Of a stretch of 20,000 nucleotides of DNA, positions 1 through 6,644 are shown one piece after another. The stretch is from an uncultured virus (IMG/VR IMGVR_UViG_3300029812_000136) (taxonomy: Duplodnaviria; Heunggongvirae; Uroviricota; Caudoviricetes): IMG/VR virus record IMGVR_UViG_3300029812_000136. The stretch is one strand, 5' to 3'. A program made the translations under genes and the position numbers. Within the stretch, counting starts at the first letter, position 1; each line of letters opens with the position of its first letter. The notes below the pieces were generated by a model, which was not told the origin of the DNA, ran no database searches, and was given only the letters and a program-made list of their open reading frames with translations.

Positions 1-570
1 GGAAGGATATATCATAAAAAACATCCAAAAAATGAAAATAGTATTATTTCTTGTTTATTTAGAGATGGTAAAAGAGATGAATTAACAGAAATTTGTAGGA
101 AAGGAACTATTGGGTTTATAAAGAAATATGGAAATAAAAAATATATAGAGATGTCAAGGGCTGTAAAAAGAGAGTCTAGAAAAAAAGCAGGTCATAATTC
201 ATTTTTGTTAAGGAATAAAAAGTATTCTTTTGAGGGAGAAAGTTTTCTTTCGAAGGAAGAGATTAAATGTTTTAGTTTTTTGAGAGGTCTTGGTTTAACA
301 AAAGAAGAAATAAATCATGAATATCAAGTTGATTCGTATTTTATTGATTTCTTTCCTTTAAGAAAATTCTTTTGGGAATATCATCCTTTAGGAGTTTTTG
401 GTAGTAATGAAACTCTCGACCAATACTACTCCCGTCGTCGTAAAGTCCTCGATGACAATGGATATAAGGACTACAAATTAATTGTAACAACTTCTCTAAA
501 GGAGTTACCAATAATAGAAGAAGAAATAAGGAGCATAAAGCAAAATGGAAATAATAGCAAAAGAATTTGA
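1..570 (+). CDS. Putative PD-(D/E)XK / DUF559 (Vsr-like) endonuclease-domain protein, 5' truncated by the window edge
   Basis: Frame is open from base 1 (GRIYHKKHPK...) through the ORF-track ATG at 151. The C-terminal part has the EYQVDSYFIDFF...FFWEYH pattern typical of DUF559/Vsr-like nucleases. Confidence 0.5.
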   Translation, partial: GRIYHKKHPKNENSIISCLFRDGKRDELTEICRKGTIGFIKKYGNKKYIEMSRAVKRESRKKAGHNSFLLRNKKYSFEGESFLSKEEIKCFSFLRGLGLTKEEINHEYQVDSYFIDFFPLRKFFWEYHPLGVFGSNETLDQYYSRRRKVLDDNGYKDYKLIVTTSLKELPIIEEEIRSIKQNGNNSKRI

Positions 571-820
571 TTTAGATAAAGCACAAAAACTAGGCATCTC
601 AATAGGTGAAGAGTTAGCCAAAAAAGTACCAGAGGAACAACGACCAGACATCGTGAATGCATTGCTTACGCACATAGTATGTTATTCAGAAATTGGTGTA
701 GAATCTATCGAAGAAATAGGAAATCAATTCAAAAGGATTTCAAGAGATATGTTTTTTTCGTTCATGAACGATCGAATTGAATATCTCGAAGATCAATTAC
801 GGAAGCTGTTAGAAAAATGA
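545..820 (+). CDS. Hypothetical helical protein, paralog of the next ORF
   Basis: 91-aa ORF overlapping both neighbours; aligns without gaps to 817-1155. Confidence 0.75.
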   Translation: MEIIAKEFDLDKAQKLGISIGEELAKKVPEEQRPDIVNALLTHIVCYSEIGVESIEEIGNQFKRISRDMFFSFMNDRIEYLEDQLRKLLEK

Positions 821-1155
821 CTAAAATAATACCAAATGATTATAATAGAGACAATATAGTGGAACTTGGTGAGAGCATAGCAAGGGAGATAAACAGAAAA
901 GTGTCAGATGAAGACAGAGTTACAGTCATAAATCTTCTCACATTCAATCTTGTCCTCTTCTCAGACATAAGCATAAGAGACATGGAGTATATTGGTGAAG
1001 ATATCAAACAGATGGCAAGATATTCACATATCGAAATGTTAGAGGAAGAAATAGAAAAACTCAGAAAGGAACTCAAACATCCAATGACAGAGGAAGAGTA
1101 CGAAAAGGCTCAAAAAAGTATCATACAAACGCAAGAAGGAAATAAAGCAGCATGA
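817..1155 (+). CDS. Hypothetical helical protein, paralog of the previous ORF
   Basis: 112-aa ORF, ATGA-coupled at both ends; shares the LG.SI..E...KV....R....N.L, E.IG...K...R and IE.L...L pattern with 545-820. Confidence 0.75.
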   Translation: MTKIIPNDYNRDNIVELGESIAREINRKVSDEDRVTVINLLTFNLVLFSDISIRDMEYIGEDIKQMARYSHIEMLEEEIEKLRKELKHPMTEEEYEKAQKSIIQTQEGNKAA

Positions 1156-1766
1156 TTTCAAATTTTTATCGAGTATGTGGTGAAACAATACAAGAAGTTT
1201 TCCACGCATCTCTCTTTCTCCTTCTTCATAATGGTAAACAAGTCAACATTTCCAAAGATAAAGAAGGAAAACGCAGTGGTGGTCAAACACTCGAACTCCA
1301 AAATCTCTTCATAGAAATACCAGAACCAGATCCTCTCGAAGAAATAAATCTCAAATCATCAAAAGTAACAGAAAAATTCCATGATGGAATGTTACTTTGT
1401 AGTACAAAGGATGTACAATCAAGACGAATAATACAAGAAAAATCAAGAATAATTGAAAAACTAAGCGAGAAAAAAGACACAAGAAGAGCAGTCATAACAG
1501 TCTGGGAAAATACGGATCTTTTTGCGTCTTATGCACCATGTATAACATCAATGCAATTCTTAGTTAGAGACAATTCATTACACCAAACAGCCTTCTTTAG
1601 AAGTCATGACATATGGAATGCTTTCCCTTGGAACACGAAGGGAAATATAACATTTCAAGCAGATATTGCAGAAAAGTTAGATCTTGGTGTTGGTTCTTAT
1701 ATTGAATTAGCAACTTCTGCACATATTTATGAAGTAGACAAAAACAAGGTGAATAAGTTTATATAG
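1152..1766 (+). CDS. thyA: Thymidylate synthase-family protein (archaeal/viral ThyA-like)
   Basis: Motifs DTRRAV, catalytic PC (APCIT), FRSHD, PWN (Asn of dUMP-specific enzymes) and SAHIYE. Confidence 0.8.
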   Translation: MISNFYRVCGETIQEVFHASLFLLLHNGKQVNISKDKEGKRSGGQTLELQNLFIEIPEPDPLEEINLKSSKVTEKFHDGMLLCSTKDVQSRRIIQEKSRIIEKLSEKKDTRRAVITVWENTDLFASYAPCITSMQFLVRDNSLHQTAFFRSHDIWNAFPWNTKGNITFQADIAEKLDLGVGSYIELATSAHIYEVDKNKVNKFI

Positions 1767-1776
1767 ATGAATAATA

Positions 1777-2271
1777 ATGAATGAATTAGAGGATAAGAAA
1801 ATGGCAAAAGAAAAAATAGATTTAGGTAATGTGCCGAGGAAATTAGGTGTCTTGAAGAGTGGGAGAACAGATGAAGTTGAAATATGTGTAAAAGAAATTT
1901 CATATATCCTTGAAAGTAAGAAACGATCAGATTTATTGAAGTCAAGATATCCTCAGTTCTTTAATAGACTAGACAGTGGTTATAAAGTTGCAAAAGCTTT
2001 TAATGATAATATTGTAATTATATCAAAACGTAAAGATTTATCTCATCTTATACTACCTATAACAAAAATAAAGAGTTTCATAGAAAATAAATATCCAGGA
2101 TGGGATTCTTATCCATATACTTCAGGACTTCATAGAGAAGTTGCATATGAGAAAGATGTTGAAAAAGAATTTTTGAGATTAGCACGAAAGAAAGGACTTA
2201 AAAAAGTATATAAAGTTAGTAGGATTCTTAGTCATAGTGGTGGTTTAGTTAGAATATATTTTAGAGATTAA
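1777..2271 (+). CDS. Hypothetical basic protein
   Basis: 164-aa ORF in the co-directional run (start could be ATG 1801); no recognised motif. Confidence 0.6.
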   Translation: MNELEDKKMAKEKIDLGNVPRKLGVLKSGRTDEVEICVKEISYILESKKRSDLLKSRYPQFFNRLDSGYKVAKAFNDNIVIISKRKDLSHLILPITKIKSFIENKYPGWDSYPYTSGLHREVAYEKDVEKEFLRLARKKGLKKVYKVSRILSHSGGLVRIYFRD

Positions 2272-2326
2272 AATAGTCTTTTGTGGGTGATTTTTGGTAA
2301 TGAATCTATAATTAACATATGTTAGT

Positions 2327-2593
2327 GTGTGTCATCACATCAAAAAGATGAACAAAATTAGACAAAAAGTGAGAAATAGTTCTTACAAAAGAATAAAGAA
2401 AGACACTGAAAAAGAAACATTTGATGCAATAAAATGTTTAGGTACACCAACAACTATTCCGAATATTTCAAAATTCCTTCTAAAGAGTGTTGAAGCAACA
2501 AGGAAAAGGGTGAACAGATTAGTAGAGTTAGGAATAGTGTATAAGGTAGACATAAATGGAAATAGAAGAAACTTTTTAATATATATCAAATGA
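2327..2593 (+). CDS. Winged helix-turn-helix DNA-binding protein
   Basis: TTIPNISKFLLKSVEATRKRVNRLVELGIV followed by a wing-like segment; true start may be ATG 2348. Confidence 0.65.
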   Translation: MCHHIKKMNKIRQKVRNSSYKRIKKDTEKETFDAIKCLGTPTTIPNISKFLLKSVEATRKRVNRLVELGIVYKVDINGNRRNFLIYIK

Positions 2594-2604
2594 AGTGATC
2601 AAAA

Positions 2605-2904
2605 ATGTGGATAGAGAAATATAAAGAAAGAATTCTTAGTGGCGAATTAACACTCGAAGATGTCAGAAAGATACGAGAAAAAGAAGTTGGTAAGAAGATC
2701 AAGGTAAAGACGGTGAATAGATTGTGGAATAAGTTGGGATATACATTATCTTTAGAAAAGATACAAAAAGAAGAACCTAAAGATGTTGTTACTGTCTGTA
2801 GTGATTGTTTAGATTACATGGGATATTGTAACACACAAAAACAAACTTTCAAGGGATGGTTAAATAATCTTGATAGAGGGTTTTGTCCTTTTAAGAGGAT
2901 GTGA
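2605..2904 (+). CDS. Hypothetical protein with C-terminal Cys cluster
   Basis: 99-aa ORF; CSDC...C...CP residues. Confidence 0.6.
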   Translation: MWIEKYKERILSGELTLEDVRKIREKEVGKKIKVKTVNRLWNKLGYTLSLEKIQKEEPKDVVTVCSDCLDYMGYCNTQKQTFKGWLNNLDRGFCPFKRM

Positions 2905-2909
2905 AAGAG

Positions 2910-2917
2910 TTTATATA
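2910..2917 (+). promoter_or_regulatory. Archaeal TATA box
   Basis: TTTATATA preceded by purine-rich BRE-like GAAAGAG, about 40 nt upstream of ATG 2950. Confidence 0.5.
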
Positions 2918-2949
2918 GTATAAATTCTTACTTATATGTGGTAATAAAA

Positions 2950-3327
2950 ATGACAAATAAGACATATGTTGTATATAAAGAAGTTCATGAAAGTGGTGGA
3001 GGTCATGGTAAGAGAAAAATTGGAAAAGTTTCAGCAAAAAGTCCAAGTAGTGCATTAATGAAAGTTATTGATGAATATTATACGTTTCCATATAGTGCAA
3101 TTGGTGTGGTCTTTTTTGTTGATAAAAAGAGCTATACAGTTGTTTTGTTAAATGATAAACTAAAAGTAGAATTAAATTGGGCTTTTGTCATGCGTGGAAC
3201 AAAACAAGAAGTTGATAAGAGAGCAAGAGAGTTGACAAGACTTGGATATAAAGTGAGAAAAACAAAAGATGGATTTGGTTGGAATTTGAAAGCGAAGGGA
3301 TATATGAATGAGAGTATGAGAAGTTAA
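2950..3327 (+). CDS. Hypothetical protein
   Basis: ORF track 2938-3327; ATG 2950 (MTNKTY) is the likelier start given the upstream TATA box. Confidence 0.6.
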   Translation: MTNKTYVVYKEVHESGGGHGKRKIGKVSAKSPSSALMKVIDEYYTFPYSAIGVVFFVDKKSYTVVLLNDKLKVELNWAFVMRGTKQEVDKRARELTRLGYKVRKTKDGFGWNLKAKGYMNESMRS

Positions 3328-3383
3328 GATTATAAAAATAGTACGTGTGTGTTTGAAAGTTAATATAAGGAATACAAGATAAT

Positions 3384-3716
3384 TTGACCAGAAAAGGTTA
3401 TTTTGCTGAATACTTAGCCAAACAAAAACTCATTGAAGAATATGGTGACTCAAACATAATCAAAATTGCTATATCGCAACAAGGAGCAGATCTTCTTTGT
3501 TTGAGAGGTAGGGAGATAGTCAAACTCGTTGAAGTCAAATCCACTAAAGGAAAGAAGTGGTATCCTGTTAGACCAAAAGATATTATTCAATTTAATAAAA
3601 TAATTGATTTTGCATCAGAAAAGGAAATTGTTGTTGAATTCTGGATAAAAACAGGTGGTTCAACAGAGTTTGAAATTTTGAGTGAAACAGAGTTTAAGGA
3701 GAGGTATAGTTTATGA
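3384..3716 (+). CDS. Hjc-like Holliday junction resolvase / PD-(D/E)XK nuclease
   Basis: KGYFAE...GADLLCLRG...LVEVKST matches the archaeal Hjc G..E / D / EVK active-site layout. Confidence 0.7.
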   Translation: MTRKGYFAEYLAKQKLIEEYGDSNIIKIAISQQGADLLCLRGREIVKLVEVKSTKGKKWYPVRPKDIIQFNKIIDFASEKEIVVEFWIKTGGSTEFEILSETEFKERYSL

Positions 3717-3865
3717 TAATAAAATCATGGAAATGGAGATATAGATTATTTAATGAATTACCAAAAGTATGTCCATATTGTAATGGTGAAGTTATAGAGA
3801 GAGGTTTTGAAGGTGTTAATTGGAGAGTTGAATGTAGAAGTTGTGAAAGAGTGTTAATAGAGTGA
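3713..3865 (+). CDS. Small zinc-ribbon protein (50 aa; not in ORF track)
   Basis: Manual translation MIIKSWKWRYRLFNELPKVCPYCNGEVIERGFEGVNWRVECRSCERVLIE; two CxxC pairs; ATGA overlap with the upstream gene. Confidence 0.65.
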   Translation: MIIKSWKWRYRLFNELPKVCPYCNGEVIERGFEGVNWRVECRSCERVLIE

Positions 3866-3945
3866 TAAAAAAGTATATGAATATTAGTTGAAAAATAGAA
3901 ATTTTCACCAAATATAGTAGTTTTTGATGCAAATATTGTGTTTTC

Positions 3946-4001
3946 ACCGCAAACCTATTTATATACATATATAAATATATATAAATTGTAAGAGGAGGTG
4001 A
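3946..4001 (+). promoter_or_regulatory. Strong archaeal promoter (BRE-like + TATA) and Shine-Dalgarno of the split capsid-like gene
   Basis: ACCGCAAACC then TTTATATA (3958-3965); GGAGGTGA (3994-4001) 5 nt before ATG 4007. Confidence 0.75.
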
Positions 4002-4006
4002 AAACA

Positions 4007-4455
4007 ATGGACATAAGAAAATTTCTCAAAGACACCAAAGCTCAGATGGGAATGAGTCTGACTGATGTAGGTTTGGCTATAGGTATACTTGCCGTGATAG
4101 GTTTCGTCATACTCTACAGCACCAAGAGGAGTTAGTCCAAGTAAATGTATAATGATAAAAAACAACTTACTCAGGTGTGGAGCAATATGTAACGAAGTCT
4201 ATAGCATCGCAGCCATCTCGTCAGGTAGCATCTTCTATACAGGTGTTCAAAAGGTCACCAAATGGAGAAGAGGTTTAGAAAGTTTATTTTTTAAAATAAA
4301 GAATATAGCATCTCTTAAATTGGTTTTAAACGCTCCTCCAGGTGCAAATCGTGAATACCGGTTACGGGATGTTGCTGATCGCTGTCCTCGCCATGCTGAC
4401 AGGTTTTATAATTTATTACCTCAGAGGTGCAACGGGTGGAGGCGGAACCATATAG
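4007..4455 (+). CDS. Intron-split putative major capsid protein of spindle-shaped-virus type, join(4007..4117,4185..4261,4347..4455), 98 aa
   Basis: Spliced product MDIRKFLKDTKAQMGMSLTDVGLAIGILAVIGFVILYICNEVYSIAAISSGSIFYTGVQKVTKIVNTGYGMLLIAVLAMLTGFIIYYLRGATGGGGTI has a basic leader ending KAQ and two hydrophobic helices joined by a polar linker, as in His1/SSV1-type capsid proteins. The gene has its own promoter, SD and terminator, and both junctions are canonical BHB motifs that restore the frame. Confidence 0.8.
4118..4184 (+). other. BHB intron 1 (67 nt) in the capsid-like mRNA
   Basis: 5' arm CAUA|CUCU|ACA bulge|GCACC; 3' arm GGUGU|GGAG|CAA bulge|UAUG. 4-bp central helix CUCU/GGAG with 3-nt bulges on opposite strands; contains the in-frame stop TAG at 4133. 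Confidence 0.85.
4262..4346 (+). other. BHB intron 2 (85 nt) in the capsid-like mRNA
   Basis: 5' arm GGU|CACC|AAA bulge|UGGAG; 3' arm CUCCA|GGUG|CAA bulge|AUC. 4-bp central helix CACC/GGUG, AU-rich interior; removal fixes a frameshift. Confidence 0.85.
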
Positions 4456-4476
4456 GGAACGAAGACCTGAGAGGGA

Positions 4477-4506
4477 AGGGACGAAGTGTCCCTCTTTTTT
4501 CTTTTC
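4477..4506 (+). terminator. Hairpin plus U-tract terminator after the capsid-like gene
   Basis: AGGGAC-GAAGT-GTCCCT followed by CTTTTTTCTTTT, 21 nt after the spliced stop codon. Confidence 0.7.
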
Positions 4507-4516
4507 CTATAGAGAC

Positions 4517-4984
4517 ATGAGTAAAACGACCATATCCGTTGTGGTTTTGATCACACTTTTGGTGCTTTCGTTATCAGTCATTTCGGTGAATGCATTATTT
4601 CCAAATCCAATCAATGCTACTGGAAATCTAAGCTATGTAAAAGCTGTTAATTTTACATACGTCGCAAATCAGTCTGTAGGAGGGAATGCAGTTAAGACAG
4701 TCGCTTTCAATGTATCAATCAAAACTTTAGGCATTTGGCAGAATCGAACATTGGCAGACAATTATACATACATTCATACAAGTAATCCAAACCCATCAAC
4801 TTTCAATATTGAAGTCTGGGCATGGAATGCAACAGGGAGTGGTAATTTGTCTAATAGCTCAGTAAATATGTCAGCTACAACTTTACAAGCAAAACGATCA
4901 GCACCATCAATGACACCAATATCAATAGTCGTAGCACTGGCTTTGTGGTCAATAATCCTTGCAAAAGTGAAGAGGAGAAAATAA
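4517..4984 (+). CDS. Secreted, C-terminally anchored glycoprotein (candidate virion/surface protein), 155 aa
   Basis: Start at ATG 4517; signal peptide ending VNA; 11 N-X-S/T sequons; C-terminal APSMTP + TM helix + KVKRRK. Confidence 0.75.
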   Translation: MSKTTISVVVLITLLVLSLSVISVNALFPNPINATGNLSYVKAVNFTYVANQSVGGNAVKTVAFNVSIKTLGIWQNRTLADNYTYIHTSNPNPSTFNIEVWAWNATGSGNLSNSSVNMSATTLQAKRSAPSMTPISIVVALALWSIILAKVKRRK

Positions 4985-5021
4985 TTTTTTACTTTTTCTC
5001 CTTTTTTTATTTTTCTATTTT
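4985..5021 (+). terminator. Archaeal oligo-T terminator
   Basis: Multiple T-runs (TTTTTACTTTTTCTCCTTTTTTTATTTTCTATTTT) directly after the stop codon. Confidence 0.6.
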
Positions 5022-5102
5022 AAATATTTTAATCAATAATAGTGAAACTTTCACATAAAAAGTCATCAAAAACTCAAAAGTTTCTGACAAATAGTATCAT
5101 AA

Positions 5103-5702
5103 ATGAAAAAACTCCTCCTCTCCATCTTCTTCATAATAACATTCATCAAACTCTCTCTCTCAATTACTCTCCTCTCACCCACAATCGTATTCGACGAGTC
5201 TATCTACTCAATCGCTATCCGATCAATCTGGGAAAATCACACTTATTTCACAGGACGATTTCTCAACTATCCTCAGTACCCACCTCTCTATCCTCTTCTC
5301 CTCAGTCCAGTCGCAACATATATCTATTCAGAGTCTTTTTTCCGTTACGCCATAGCAATTAATTGTATAATCACTTCATCAACAATCTTCCCATCATATT
5401 ACCTCACAAAAGAATATCTCTCAGACCGTGAAAGTCATCTCGTAGCATTCCTCGTCGGAATAATGCCATCAACATTTATTTATTCTTTTATCATGATGGC
5501 AGATTGTCTCTTTTTACCTCTCTTCCTCACATCTGTCTATTTCATGAAAAAGACGCTCGATGAGGACAATTTCAAAAATAATTTCCTCTCAGGTGTGTTC
5601 ATCTCTCTCACATTCCTCACAAAAGTAATTGCAGTAATTCTTGTGTTAGTATATATTATAATAAAGCTGTGGCATTTTGTAGATAAGAAAATTGAGGATT
5701 AG
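5103..5702 (+). CDS. GT-C (PMT/ArnT-like) glycosyltransferase, N-terminal half
   Basis: FDESIY loop, YPPLYPLLL, multiple TM helices, ending shortly after the FLTK motif. Confidence 0.7.
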   Translation: MKKLLLSIFFIITFIKLSLSITLLSPTIVFDESIYSIAIRSIWENHTYFTGRFLNYPQYPPLYPLLLSPVATYIYSESFFRYAIAINCIITSSTIFPSYYLTKEYLSDRESHLVAFLVGIMPSTFIYSFIMMADCLFLPLFLTSVYFMKKTLDEDNFKNNFLSGVFISLTFLTKVIAVILVLVYIIIKLWHFVDKKIED

Positions 5703-5907
5703 GATGAGAATGGTAGAAAATATTTATATTGGAAAAATCTTTTTTATTAATACAATAGTAAATCCATTGATGGTTGTATATCTTTTATTTATGTTGCAAT
5801 ATGCTAAAGTGCCTGGGTTATATGTGTGTCTTGGATACTTTATAGGTTGTTCAGTATTCCAGTTAATTGATTATTTTACTAAGTTGTCGAAGATAAAGGT
5901 GAAATAA
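5692..5907 (+). CDS. Small two-TM membrane protein
   Basis: Two hydrophobic segments; start may be ATG 5704 or 5710. Confidence 0.5.
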   Translation: MRIRMRMVENIYIGKIFFINTIVNPLMVVYLLFMLQYAKVPGLYVCLGYFIGCSVFQLIDYFTKLSKIKVK

Positions 5908-5909
5908 AA

Positions 5910-6068
5910 ATGAGTCGGTGGTTTAAACTATTGAAAGGTGAACATTTACACTGTTCTGATTGTGGTGACCATCTCAAAAAAGATGATGATGTTTTTGTAG
6001 AGATAGATCCACACATTGTCATTTTCAGGTGTACAAAGTGTGAGGAAAACAAAGAAGGAGAAAGATAA
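5910..6068 (+). CDS. Small zinc-finger protein (52 aa; not in ORF track)
   Basis: Manual translation MSRWFKLLKGEHLHCSDCGDHLKKDDDVFVEIDPHIVIFRCTKCEENKEGER; AGGTGA SD upstream. Confidence 0.65.
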   Translation: MSRWFKLLKGEHLHCSDCGDHLKKDDDVFVEIDPHIVIFRCTKCEENKEGER

Positions 6069-6419
6069 ATGAAAAGTTATATAGAATTAAAGAAAGATTT
6101 TATAAAGAAAGTAGAAAAGTTACAAGCAAATTGTAAGCATGAAGATGTCAGTGATTGGGTTGAGGAGTGGTGGGCTATTAATCACCCTACTGGTTGGAAA
6201 TTAAGAGTATGTATGTTTTGTAATAAGAAAATATCACGAAAAACATTATGTGTAACATGTAGTAAGGAACTCGTAGAAGGTGTAGATGTCATCAAAGAAG
6301 TTGGAAGCTCTTGGTATTGTAAGGAATGTGCACCTGTAGCAGAAGCTGAATTAAAAAGAAAAATGGAGAAGTTCGATAAAATAAGAGATATATTACCTGA
6401 AATTTGGACACGTAAGTAA
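6069..6419 (+). CDS. Multi-CxxC zinc-binding protein
   Basis: CKH, CMFC, CVTC and CKEC motifs. Confidence 0.7.
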   Translation: MKSYIELKKDFIKKVEKLQANCKHEDVSDWVEEWWAINHPTGWKLRVCMFCNKKISRKTLCVTCSKELVEGVDVIKEVGSSWYCKECAPVAEAELKRKMEKFDKIRDILPEIWTRK

Positions 6420-6467
6420 GGATGATAATAAGGATGAATTATAACAAAACAATAGGAGGTGATTCTA

Positions 6468-6644
6468 ATGAAAAATAAGCAAAATTCATTGTTCCCAATA
6501 ATTGTCTTTCTTTCAGGAATGACAATAGCAGGCATTGCAGTAATGATTCCTGTTAATTCACCAGCTTTGTCGGCAATTATTGGATTGGGTATTGCTCAGG
6601 CTCTTTTGTCTGCTTTTACAATTTCAAAAATAAAAAGAGAATGA
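6468..6644 (+). CDS. Small two-TM membrane protein
   Basis: GGAGGTGA SD before ATG 6468; two hydrophobic helices; ATGA overlap with the next gene. Confidence 0.6.
   Translation: MKNKQNSLFPIIVFLSGMTIAGIAVMIPVNSPALSAIIGLGIAQALLSAFTISKIKRE

Noticed and set aside
4131..4341. Spliceosomal-looking GT...CAG boundaries (GTTAGT/GTAAAT...CTCAG, CTCCAG)
   Set aside because: The context is archaeal (TATA, SD, operons), and the BHB model explains both junctions with exact geometry and a coherent protein.
4040..4500. Possible tRNA or structured ncRNA in the GC-elevated segment
   Set aside because: No cloverleaf or TPsiC motif; the raised GC is explained by the exons and BHB stems.
4427..4516. N-terminal extension of ORF 4427-4984
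   Set aside because: Overlaps exon 3 and the terminator; the signal peptide begins at ATG 4517.
4152..4520. 122-aa ORF in the ORF track
   Set aside because: It starts inside intron 1, has no SD, shares only exon 2 with the real gene, and runs through the terminator. It is an artefact of the split gene.
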